Part shown: positions 47,064-55,684 of the stretch, piece after piece
How the letters are laid out: the number at the start of each line of letters is the position of its first letter
Numbering within the stretch: the first letter of the stretch is position 1
Assembly: GCA_934747335.1 (NCBI GenBank)
Contig: CAKVGS010000005.1
Coordinates: 8,050-72,049, forward strand
Direction: 5' to 3'
Source: an uncultured Candidatus Melainabacteria bacterium
Lineage (GTDB): Bacteria > Cyanobacteriota > Vampirovibrionia > Gastranaerophilales > Gastranaerophilaceae
Length of the DNA: 64,000 nt
Notes under the pieces: model-generated
The model's input: only the letters and a program-made list of their open reading frames with translations
Databases searched by the model: none
What the model was told of the DNA's origin: nothing
Made by a program: the position numbers and the translations under genes

Positions 47064-48047
47064 TTGAAATACAAACAGCTTACAAAAGAACAAATTTTAA
47101 TATCACTAGACAGGCTAACACGTTTTAAGCCGACTAAAGAAAAATACTTGCGCGTTTTTTTTGACATAATTTTGAACAATATTATAGAACCCAAGTACAA
47201 AAAAACGGAATTAGAAACTTTTGATACAGAAATAATTAGGGATTTAGCAGTTGAAGTACTAAACGGCTCATTGGATGAAACTTCCACAAACAATATAAAT
47301 ACAAAATTATTAAATTACGAAAATTCTATTTTCAACAATGATGAGCAAACACAAGTTCTGCTAAACAACAACATACATTACGATTCAGCAATAAAGCTTA
47401 TTGATGAAAATTGTGTAGTAAATTTGCGTTGGCTAAAATCTTTAGCCGAAGATGCAGATTTAAAACTCATGCGAGAAGAACACTATTTGAAATTTCCGAT
47501 AGAAAAAGTCTTATTAGTAGAAGGTTTGACAGAAGAGACATTATTGCCGGCATTCTCAAAATTCTTAGGGCATGACTTTTACCAAAAAGGGATTCAGGTA
47601 ATTCCTGCGGGAGGGAAAAGTCAAGTCGTTAAGATGTATTATAAATTATCAGAAGAGTTAAAGCTACCTATATTTGTACTTCTTGATAAAGATGCAGAAG
47701 AAAATATTGCACAAATTAAACCAAAATTAAGAAATTGCGATAAAATCCATCTCGTTTCTTGCGGAGAGTTTGAAGATTTGTTGCCAAAATCTCTTATTAT
47801 AAAAACTATAAACAAGCATTTGGAAAATTTTAACTCAATTAGCGAACAAGATTTTGAAGAAGGAATTCCAAATGCAAAAAATTTAGAAAATATTTTCAAA
47901 ACAAAAGGTTTACACGAGTTTAAAAAAGCTGAATTTGCAAAACTGGTAAGAACAAATATTACAGAAAACACGGACGTTTCGGACGAAATAAAAGAAATTA
48001 TTAAAGAAATATCAAACAAAACTCTTGACAGTCAATTTTGTTCCTGA
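47064..48047 (+). CDS. orphan Toprim-domain protein (OLD-family/AriB-like nuclease domain, no ATPase domain)
   Basis: LLVEGLTEETLLP (Toprim Glu), IPAGGKSQV, VLLDKDAEE (DxD), EFEDLLP; TTG start 8 nt after aagga; about 140-aa N-terminal region of unknown fold. Confidence 0.55.
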   Translation: MKYKQLTKEQILISLDRLTRFKPTKEKYLRVFFDIILNNIIEPKYKKTELETFDTEIIRDLAVEVLNGSLDETSTNNINTKLLNYENSIFNNDEQTQVLLNNNIHYDSAIKLIDENCVVNLRWLKSLAEDADLKLMREEHYLKFPIEKVLLVEGLTEETLLPAFSKFLGHDFYQKGIQVIPAGGKSQVVKMYYKLSEELKLPIFVLLDKDAEENIAQIKPKLRNCDKIHLVSCGEFEDLLPKSLIIKTINKHLENFNSISEQDFEEGIPNAKNLENIFKTKGLHEFKKAEFAKLVRTNITENTDVSDEIKEIIKEISNKTLDSQFCS

Positions 48048-48132
48048 TACTATAAATCTTGTGGTTAATCCACAGCCGAAGTATAAAAGGTTTTTGATAA
48101 ATAAATAGTTTTTACAAATTTTATAAAAATTT

Positions 48133-48205
48133 GCGCTTGTAGCTCAGCAGGTAGAGCACTCCCCTTTTAAGGGATAGGTCGCGCGTTCGAATCGCGCCAA
48201 GCGCA
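48133..48205 (+). tRNA. tRNA-Lys (anticodon UUU)
   Basis: Hand-folded cloverleaf: acceptor gcgcttg/caagcgc, D arm gctc-agcaggta-gagc, anticodon loop cTTTTaa, T arm gcgcg-ttcgaat-cgcgc; CCA not encoded; one C-U mismatch at pair 27-43. Confidence 0.85.
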
Positions 48206-48432
48206 ATTTTTTTTGTCAATTTTACTAAAGTTAAGCGCAAGCATTATTGTACTTCACCAGCTAGAGAGTCCCCTTTTTGAGGGATAGGTCGTGCTTTGTA
48301 CCGAATCGCGCCAAGCGCAATTTTTTTGTCAATTTTATTAAAGTTAAACGCAAGCATTATTGTACTTCACCAGCTAGAGAGTCCCCTTTTTGTGGGATAG
48401 GTCGTGCTTTGTACCGAATCGCGCCAAGCGCA
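48206..48432 (+). repeat. two tandem units (114 and 113 bp), each holding a degenerate tRNA-Lys-like sequence plus T-run and spacer
   Basis: Each unit ends ...gggataggtcgtgctttgtaccgaatcgcgccaagcgca + T-run, copying the tRNA 3' half with a 6-nt insertion in the T arm; the 5' part is degenerate (broken acceptor, 8-nt anticodon loop ctttttga / ctttttgt). Confidence 0.85.
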
Positions 48433-48463
48433 ATTTTTTTTGTCTATACACTTTTAATAGAAA

Positions 48464-48514
48464 AACCCTCACCCTAGCCCTCTCCCTTGGAGAGGGAATA
48501 ACTCAAGTCGTTCA
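48464..48514 (+). repeat. solitary M2 module
   Basis: aaccctcaccctagccctctcccttggagagggaataactcaagtcgttca. Confidence 0.85.
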
Positions 48515-48594
48515 TTTTTTGATAAAAAAAACCAATCTTTTATTACAAACATATTCATGCTAAAATCCTTATATAAAATTTTAGAGGAGTAATA

Positions 48595-49419
48595 ATGAAA
48601 GTTCTTGTAACAGGTGCTAAAGGCATGCTTGGGCAGGATTTATGTCCGATTTTAGAAGATTACGGTTTTGAAGCAATAGAAACAGACTGTGACACCCTTG
48701 ATATCACAAACGAATTAATGGTGCACAAGGTTTTTGATGATAAAAGCCCCGATTATGTAGTACATTGTGCGGCTTACACCAATGTTGATAAAGCCGAAGA
48801 AGATTTGGAAACAGCTTCAAAAATTAATGTACAAGGTACAGAATATATTGCCAAAGCTTGTGCAAAGCACGATATTCCGCTTTTATACATATCAACTGAC
48901 TATGTTTTTAACGGAAAAAAACAAACACCTTATTTAACGACTGATATTCCAAGCCCTATTAATAATTACGGATTTACAAAATATCAGGGTGAAGAAATTA
49001 TCAAAAAATTATGTGATAAATACTATATTACAAGAACAAGTTGGCTTTATGGTCACCATGGCAAAAATTTTGTCGAAACAATGATATCACTAAAAGATAA
49101 AGATGTTCTAAAAGTTGTTGACGACCAAATAGGCTGCCCTACTTGGACAGTAGAACTTGCAACCGCAATTACGGGACTTTTGCAAACAGAAAATTATGGA
49201 ACATACCATGTTTGCGGTTCAGGCTCAACCAGTTGGTACGGTTTTGCAAAAGAAATATTTGATTATCTCAATTTGGATGTTAATTTACAACCTTGCGAAA
49301 CTTTAGAGTTTCCAAGACCTGCAAAGCGCCCTCATTACAGCGTAATGGAAAACAACAAAATTTGCAGATTTTGGAAAGATGCGCTCCACGATTATTTAGA
49401 TTTGAGAATAGAGGAATAA
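48595..49419 (+). CDS. rfbD: dTDP-4-dehydrorhamnose reductase
   Basis: VLVTGAKGMLG, STDYVF, YG.TK motifs. Confidence 0.9.
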   Translation: MKVLVTGAKGMLGQDLCPILEDYGFEAIETDCDTLDITNELMVHKVFDDKSPDYVVHCAAYTNVDKAEEDLETASKINVQGTEYIAKACAKHDIPLLYISTDYVFNGKKQTPYLTTDIPSPINNYGFTKYQGEEIIKKLCDKYYITRTSWLYGHHGKNFVETMISLKDKDVLKVVDDQIGCPTWTVELATAITGLLQTENYGTYHVCGSGSTSWYGFAKEIFDYLNLDVNLQPCETLEFPRPAKRPHYSVMENNKICRFWKDALHDYLDLRIEE

Positions 49420-49420
49420 A

Positions 49421-50536
49421 ATGAAAAAGAAAATAAGTATATTAGGTTCAACAGGCTCAATCGGCAGACAAGCTCTTGAAGTAATCGAAAAACTTCAGGA
49501 TAAGTTTGAAATTATAGCTTTAACGGCGGGTGCCAATACCGAACTTTTGAACGAACAAATAAAAAAGTTTAAACCAAAATATGCTTATGCAGAAAAAATA
49601 AACGAAATTGTTGGCGCTAAGCCTTTGAGTTTGGAAGAAATTTGCTCAAACAAAGAAAATGATATCATTTTGGTAGCTGTTTCGGGCAGAATAGGTTTAA
49701 GACCAACAATCACAGCTATTAACAATGGAATTGATATTGCTTTGGCAAACAAAGAAACGCTTGTCATGGCAGGTGATATTGTCATGCCATTAGCGAAAGA
49801 AAAAGGCGTAAAAATTGTTCCAGTTGACAGTGAACATTGCGCAATTCACCAGTGTATCAAAAACGTTACTCAGGTTGACAAATTAATAATTACGGCCTCA
49901 GGCGGGCCATTTTTGAAGAAAACGGTAGAAGACATGAAAAATGCTACTGTTGAACAAGCTTTAGCGCATCCTCGTTGGAATATGGGACGTAAGATTACGG
50001 TTGACAGTGCAACTCTTATGAACAAAGGCTTAGAAGTTATTGAAGCGCATCATTTGTTTGGTATGGATTATGACGACATTCAAGTTGTTGTTCACCCTCA
50101 AAGTATTGTGCATTCTGCCATTGAATACGTTGATGGAAGCGTTATTGCACAATTGGGATTGCCAAGCATGCACATTCCTATTCAGTACGCAATTACTTAT
50201 CCCGAAAGATACGAAGGCATAAAATCAAAAAGTTTCAACTTTGCTGAAATTGCACATTTGGATTTCGAAGAACCTGATTGGGATAAATTTAAAGCTCTCA
50301 AATTAGCGTATAACGCAGGCAGAGTAGGTGGTTCAGCAACTGTTTGTTTGAATGCCTCAAACGAAGAAGCCGTATTTGCATTTTTAAAAGGTCAAATAAA
50401 ATTATTTGATATTATTGAGTCTGTTGAAAAAATGATGGCAGAGCACAAGGTAATAAAATCACCTGATTTAGATGAAATTTTCGCAATAGACGAAGAAATT
50501 CGACACAAAACCAAAGAATTATTTAAGGTTTTATAG
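49421..50536 (+). CDS. dxr: 1-deoxy-D-xylulose 5-phosphate reductoisomerase
   Basis: ILGSTGSIGRQ, LANKE, DSEH, HP.W.MG.KITVDSATLMNKGLE. Confidence 0.95.
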   Translation: MKKKISILGSTGSIGRQALEVIEKLQDKFEIIALTAGANTELLNEQIKKFKPKYAYAEKINEIVGAKPLSLEEICSNKENDIILVAVSGRIGLRPTITAINNGIDIALANKETLVMAGDIVMPLAKEKGVKIVPVDSEHCAIHQCIKNVTQVDKLIITASGGPFLKKTVEDMKNATVEQALAHPRWNMGRKITVDSATLMNKGLEVIEAHHLFGMDYDDIQVVVHPQSIVHSAIEYVDGSVIAQLGLPSMHIPIQYAITYPERYEGIKSKSFNFAEIAHLDFEEPDWDKFKALKLAYNAGRVGGSATVCLNASNEEAVFAFLKGQIKLFDIIESVEKMMAEHKVIKSPDLDEIFAIDEEIRHKTKELFKVL

Positions 50537-50615
50537 TGTAAATGTAACAATCTTTTAAAATTTCGTTACAAACTAGCAACTTTTATTGTTCAGCGTACTT
50601 TAATTAGATGTAGGA

Positions 50616-52508
50616 ATGTATTGTCATGGTAGGTCTTATTTGAAAGTACAAAGCTCAACAGTTCAAAATACTAATAGAAATGATAAGCAAGAGAAATCCA
50701 ATGTAGCATTTAAATCAGGCATGGTTAACGCCTTGAACGCTTCAGGTGCGATTATGCAAGGTATTGAAAATGGAGGTTTTCTTGCGTCGTTCTTAATTCA
50801 GGATGGAATTGGCATGACCGTTCCACGTACGGCTGCGGGTTTTTTGCGTGACAAAGAACACACAGGTCACTACAATGTACAAGAAGGTTTCGAAGTATTG
50901 GGCAGAGAAGGTTTGACAGGTCCTTGCATGATGGCTGTTGCACCTTTATCATTGTTAATCGCAGCAAAATTCGGCCGTTCAACAAGTGTTAACACTCAAT
51001 TAATAAAACGTTTTGGCAACAGTTTAAAAGAAATATTGGCAAAACCTGAATTTGACAAATCTCTATTAAAAGATGCCGAAAAATTCAAAAATGAGTTTTA
51101 TAAAACTAACATTGAAAAAATATTAGGCGAAACAGTTGGTAAAGAAAATGCCTCAAAAGATTCTGTTGAGTATATTTTAAAACAGATTAACAATATGGAA
51201 AAAATTCCTACTGACGCAAAATTAGAAAAATTCAGAGGGAAATCCAAATACAAAAATCAATGTATGCAAAATATTATTGAGCATATCAATAATGTTAAAT
51301 ATAAAACCAGTGATGATTTGAATATGCTGCAAAAAGTTAAATTCGGCTCTGAAAAACTGGACAGCATTAAGAAATTTAAAACAAAAGATACAATTGATGC
51401 AATGATTAAGTATACAGATGACGCAATCGTTGCGAACAAACATTTGGATAAATTAGATGAACTTCAAGCTGAAAGTATTAAAAATAAATCATTGGCAAAA
51501 AGAATGATTACAAATGTTGCAATGATTTTTGCAACATTGGGTGTTCTTTCGGTACTTCCTAAAATTTATGCAAGAAATAGCGTAGCTCCGGGTGCAAGAA
51601 AAGCTCCCGAAGAAAATAAAAACGAAGAAGTATCATTCAAGGGAAAGGGAAAGCCCGGACTTTTGGAAAGACTTGGTAAATTAATCGGTAAAAATAACAG
51701 CGATTTTGCTTCGCATGAACTTGAATACAACGGTCATAACTTTACAAATTCCTTAATGGCAGGGCTATCTATATTCGGTTTGCTTACTCCTAGAGGATTG
51801 CATGCTTATAACAGAGCTCAGAAAGATGAAAACGGCAAAAAAGATTTAACAGAATTATATGAAATCTTGCTAAGAGATTTAACATCAAGCTTAGCAGTTG
51901 TATTTGCAGTTCCAATGGGAACTAGAGCTTTTGTAACTTCTTATGAAAAGAATTCAGGCTTTGTTCTTATGCATAAAGACAGAAGTATGGGAAAAACTAA
52001 AACAATTGCAGATTTATTCAATCCTTACTCAAAATCTCATGTACTTACCAACGCTGAAATATCAGCATTATATGACAATGTAAATTCTAAAGATAAAATG
52101 TTGAACTTCTGTAAATATATCGACAAAAACGGCGGTGATTTGCAAAAAATCATTTCTAAATCTGAAAATGCAGAAGAAATGTTTAACAGTTCTTCTCTTG
52201 ATTTGAAATCACTTAAAGGTATGAAAAAAGCCGATAAAAACAAGAAAATTATATCTTTTGTAGAAAAATTTGATAAATCGGATGAACTGATCACTAAAGT
52301 TATGAAAGGTGCAGGAAAGGGTCGTGGCAACAAGATTGCATCATTTGCAAGAGGTTTGAACTCTATGCCGGGCTTATTGACAACATTCTTCATATCTCCA
52401 TACTTATTGGGTTGGTTTATTCCTCGATTGACTTATAAGAACACAAGAAGAATTCACGAAAAACAAGACAGAGAACGTGAAGCAAAAAATCTTTCAACTA
52501 ATGCCTAA
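50616..52508 (+). CDS. orphan 630-aa protein with several hydrophobic segments
   Basis: Long ORF, no recognisable domain; start codon uncertain. Confidence 0.5.
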   Translation: MYCHGRSYLKVQSSTVQNTNRNDKQEKSNVAFKSGMVNALNASGAIMQGIENGGFLASFLIQDGIGMTVPRTAAGFLRDKEHTGHYNVQEGFEVLGREGLTGPCMMAVAPLSLLIAAKFGRSTSVNTQLIKRFGNSLKEILAKPEFDKSLLKDAEKFKNEFYKTNIEKILGETVGKENASKDSVEYILKQINNMEKIPTDAKLEKFRGKSKYKNQCMQNIIEHINNVKYKTSDDLNMLQKVKFGSEKLDSIKKFKTKDTIDAMIKYTDDAIVANKHLDKLDELQAESIKNKSLAKRMITNVAMIFATLGVLSVLPKIYARNSVAPGARKAPEENKNEEVSFKGKGKPGLLERLGKLIGKNNSDFASHELEYNGHNFTNSLMAGLSIFGLLTPRGLHAYNRAQKDENGKKDLTELYEILLRDLTSSLAVVFAVPMGTRAFVTSYEKNSGFVLMHKDRSMGKTKTIADLFNPYSKSHVLTNAEISALYDNVNSKDKMLNFCKYIDKNGGDLQKIISKSENAEEMFNSSSLDLKSLKGMKKADKNKKIISFVEKFDKSDELITKVMKGAGKGRGNKIASFARGLNSMPGLLTTFFISPYLLGWFIPRLTYKNTRRIHEKQDREREAKNLSTNA

Positions 52509-52512
52509 CTAA

Positions 52513-53178
52513 TTACAGATAATTAGATAAAATAGATTTAACGTAATTTTGTGTTTCTTTATAAGGCGGCACGCCATCGTATTTGTCGACAGCTCCAGGG
52601 CCTGCATTATATGCAGCGAGTGCAAGAATTACATTTCCATTATATTTGTTAAGCATTGATTTTAAATATTTAACTCCGCCTTCTACATTCTGTTCAGGAT
52701 CCATTGCGTTTGTAACGCCCAAACCTTTTGCAGTTGCAGGCATTAATTGCATTAATCCCATTGCACCAACTTTTGATTTAGCATTAGGATTAAAACCTGA
52801 TTCTTGTTTAATCAATGCATTAACAAGTTTTTCATCAACGCCATGTTTTTTAGAAATTTTTGAAACCAAACCTTTAATCTGTTCTCTTGTTGTAACTTTT
52901 TCAGCGACTCCTGATGCTTTTGCTGTATAAATATTAGCGTTAACTCTTGTTGAAGGATTTGTAAGTAAGTCCCCAAACTTAACTTGTGCGGAATTTTTTA
53001 ATACATTATCAAAAGATTGAATCTTATTATTTGTATCAGATAACGCGTTTGCATTCTTTTCAACAGGTGCCCATTGTGAATTAAGATTATTCACATAATT
53101 ATTCATTTGAACAGCTCTTTGCATAGCGCTTGATTTACCTGAAGATGTTAATAAATTCTGAATCATTGACGAAAACAT
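52513..53178 (-). CDS. lytic transglycosylase (SLT domain) with N-terminal extension
   Basis: IKQESGFNP (catalytic Glu), GLMQLMP, AYNAGPG; start moved to the ATG at 53178 behind aaagga. Confidence 0.85.
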   Translation of the reverse strand: MFSSMIQNLLTSSGKSSAMQRAVQMNNYVNNLNSQWAPVEKNANALSDTNNKIQSFDNVLKNSAQVKFGDLLTNPSTRVNANIYTAKASGVAEKVTTREQIKGLVSKISKKHGVDEKLVNALIKQESGFNPNAKSKVGAMGLMQLMPATAKGLGVTNAMDPEQNVEGGVKYLKSMLNKYNGNVILALAAYNAGPGAVDKYDGVPPYKETQNYVKSILSNYL

Positions 53179-53337
53179 AGTTATAAATCCTTTCAATAAT
53201 TATGTCGGATATTAATTATTAAACTTTAGAAATAAAAATCAAATATCCACCATTTGGTTTAATAATATTTTTTTTATTGTCAAAAATTTATACGATAAAC
53301 GATTGAAAAAGCGATATATAGATGATATTATTTAGAC

Positions 53338-53700
53338 ATGTTAAAAAAGTGTTTATTAATTTTAGTATTAACATTGTTTTTGCCCGCTTTCGCAGGTGAA
53401 GTAGAAAACGCAATCAATAAAGGATATAACGTGTTTTTGTATCTCTATACACCAGATTGCGGTTATTGTAAAAAGTTTTCACCAAAATATGACAAACTTT
53501 CCAAATTATATGACGGACAATACAACTTTTTCAAAATTGACGCAAGTACTGACTACGGACGCGATTTAATGATTAAATATCGTGGAATGTATGTACCTTA
53601 TGTATTATTACTTAATAATAAAAAAGGCGTACAAGTTAATCCGGATTGCTTAATGGACAATGTTTGCATAGAAAGAAATATGAAATATTTTAGAGGATAA
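53338..53700 (+). CDS. secreted thioredoxin-like protein
   Basis: Signal peptide plus the CGYC active-site motif in a thioredoxin-fold context. Confidence 0.7.
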   Translation: MLKKCLLILVLTLFLPAFAGEVENAINKGYNVFLYLYTPDCGYCKKFSPKYDKLSKLYDGQYNFFKIDASTDYGRDLMIKYRGMYVPYVLLLNNKKGVQVNPDCLMDNVCIERNMKYFRG

Positions 53701-53709
53701 GGAGTTTTT

Positions 53710-54597
53710 ATGAAGGGAATTGTATTAGCAGGAGGAGCAGGAACAAGATTATATCCGGCATCACAGCCTATTTCAAAAATTTTATTACCGATTTATGATA
53801 AACCAATGATTTATTATCCGCTTTCAACTTTAATGTTAGCAGGTATTAAAGATATATTAATCATTACCAATGAACTCGATTATGATAACTTCATCAAAGT
53901 TTTGGGTGACGGTTCTCAATTTGGTTTGAACTTACACTACAAAATACAATATGTTCAAAGAGGTATTGCAGACGCATTTTTAATTGCAGAAAATTTTATT
54001 GCAGGAGATGATGTTGCTTTAATTTTGGGTGACAATATTTTCCACGGTCACGGCTTCTCTACAATAATGAAAAATGCCCTAAAAAAACACGCCGGTGCAA
54101 CCGTTTTTGGTTACACTGTTAAAGACCCTGAAAGATTCGGCGTTGTTGAATTTGATGAAAACCAAAAAGCAATCTCTTTAGAAGAAAAACCCGCTCATCC
54201 GAAATCAAATTATGCGGTAACAGGTTTATACTTCTACGACAACAAGGTTTGTGATTTTGCAAAACAGCTTAAACCATCCGCCAGAGGCGAATTGGAAATA
54301 ACAGATTTAAACAGAATATACTTAGAACGCGGAGAATTAAATGTAGAAATTCTTGGACGCGGTTTTGCTTGGCTTGATACAGGAACACATGATTCAATGC
54401 TTCAAGCAAGTTTATTTGTTCAAACAATGGAATTGAATAAAGGCGTTAAAATTTCTTGCTTGGAAGAAATTGCTTTTAATCAAGGATTTATTACAAAAGA
54501 CGAATTGCTTAAAAAGATTGAAAAATACGGTACAAAGAACGATTATTACAACTATGTTCGCACGGTAATAGAGCATCCAACACCTGCGTTTGTTTAA
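53710..54597 (+). CDS. rfbA: glucose-1-phosphate thymidylyltransferase
   Basis: GIVLAGGAGTRLYP, GDNIF, LEITD, WLDTGT. Confidence 0.95.
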   Translation: MKGIVLAGGAGTRLYPASQPISKILLPIYDKPMIYYPLSTLMLAGIKDILIITNELDYDNFIKVLGDGSQFGLNLHYKIQYVQRGIADAFLIAENFIAGDDVALILGDNIFHGHGFSTIMKNALKKHAGATVFGYTVKDPERFGVVEFDENQKAISLEEKPAHPKSNYAVTGLYFYDNKVCDFAKQLKPSARGELEITDLNRIYLERGELNVEILGRGFAWLDTGTHDSMLQASLFVQTMELNKGVKISCLEEIAFNQGFITKDELLKKIEKYGTKNDYYNYVRTVIEHPTPAFV

Positions 54598-54602
54598 GCA
54601 CA

Positions 54603-54708
54603 ATAACTAAAGTCGTTCAAACAATATCGATTTGTTGCGTTAATTTAACGCATGTCACCCCCTCCCTCGGGGGAGGGTGCCGAAGGCAGGAGAGGGTGTT
54701 ATAAAAAT
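54603..54708. repeat. solitary M6 module plus an aactaaagtcgttca motif
   Basis: ccctccctcgggggagggtgccgaaggcaggagagggtgttat, the uninterrupted version of the nusA-cassette terminus. Confidence 0.85.
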
Positions 54709-54817
54709 TTAGTCTAAAGAGTTGTAAAGAAGAAATTACAACCGCTTGAAATTTGAAAAGGGTTGTTATAACATAATCATGTATTACAAATATGCTATAA
54801 AGGTGGTGAAAATATAA

Positions 54818-54991
54818 ATGGCAGAAGTTAAAGTTGGCGAAAACGAAAGTATCGAAAGCGCTTTAAGAAGATTCAAAAAGAAAATTCAAAAAGCTGGTAT
54901 CTTATCAGAAGTTAAAAAACGTGAAAGATATGAAAAGCCAAGCGTAAAGAGAAAACGCAAATCTGAAGCAGCTCGTAAACGCAAGGTATAA
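54818..54991 (+). CDS. rpsU: 30S ribosomal protein S21 (57 aa, below the ORF-track cut-off)
   Basis: Hand translation [57 protein letters not shown]; RBS aaggtgg; terminator follows. Confidence 0.9.
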   Translation: MAEVKVGENESIESALRRFKKKIQKAGILSEVKKRERYEKPSVKRKRKSEAARKRKV

Positions 54992-55005
54992 ATAAATTTA
55001 AAAAA

Positions 55006-55036
55006 AGCGGTTGATTAAAAATCAATCGCTTTTTTA
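55006..55036 (+). terminator. intrinsic terminator after rpsU
   Basis: agcggttgat taaaa atcaatcgct ttttt. Confidence 0.8.
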
Positions 55037-55076
55037 GCTTTATAATTTACTTCTAAAACACTTCTATTATTTACAA

Positions 55077-55400
55077 TTATTCAACTTTTAAAGCTTTCAC
55101 AAATTTGTACAAAGTTTCAATTTTTTCTCTATTTTTTATTTCAGAAATATCTTTCATAATTTCATTAACCAATTCTTCTTGCGGTTTTAAATGGTCAAAT
55201 GCAAACAACTCAAAAGAGGTAATATTAAACACTTTGCAAAACATCTCTAAAGTTTCTGCTTTTACAAAATTCTCACCATTTTCAATTCCACACAATGTTC
55301 TTGTGGAAATCTGCATCTTTTCAGCCAACTGCTCTTGCGTATAGCCGAATTTAGTACGCATTCGTTTTATTTTTTGTCCTAGCAGTTTTTTAAAATTCAC
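55077..55400 (-). CDS. XRE-family helix-turn-helix transcriptional regulator
   Basis: YTQEQLAEKMQISTRTLCGIENGEN HTH pattern. Confidence 0.85.
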   Translation of the reverse strand: MNFKKLLGQKIKRMRTKFGYTQEQLAEKMQISTRTLCGIENGENFVKAETLEMFCKVFNITSFELFAFDHLKPQEELVNEIMKDISEIKNREKIETLYKFVKALKVE

Positions 55401-55415
55401 AAAGTTACCTCTCTC

Positions 55416-55445
55416 TAATAATTCTATTTAATTTTAGAATTATTA
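55416..55445. promoter_or_regulatory. 11-bp perfect inverted repeat, candidate operator of the XRE regulator
   Basis: taataattcta tttaattt tagaattatta, 16-45 nt upstream of the XRE start codon; a second palindrome aatcttaa-ata-ttaagatt lies at 55503-55521. Confidence 0.45.
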
Positions 55446-55684
55446 TTAACGAGATAATATTGCGTATACCACTAATTATCAGAATAATTATTTCTTGCTC
55501 AAAATCTTAAATATTAAGATTTATTAAGAGCGTGCTAGATAGAGCATTTCTTGTTTTTAGCTGTTTTACGAACATTTATTTCATATTATGCGCAATTTTC
55601 ACTCATAAAAATACTTTATATATACATAAGAAGAATCATCATAAAAATTAATTAATAGTTTAACACGAAATAAGGAGAGAAAAA

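Noticed and set aside
45084-48432. Classical genomic island or prophage remnant integrated at tRNA-Lys
   Set aside because: There is no integrase, excisionase or phage gene. The tRNA-like duplications lie downstream of the tRNA as complete tandem units and do not form a 3'-end att duplication at the far side of an island. I kept it only as an alternative explanation within the findings.
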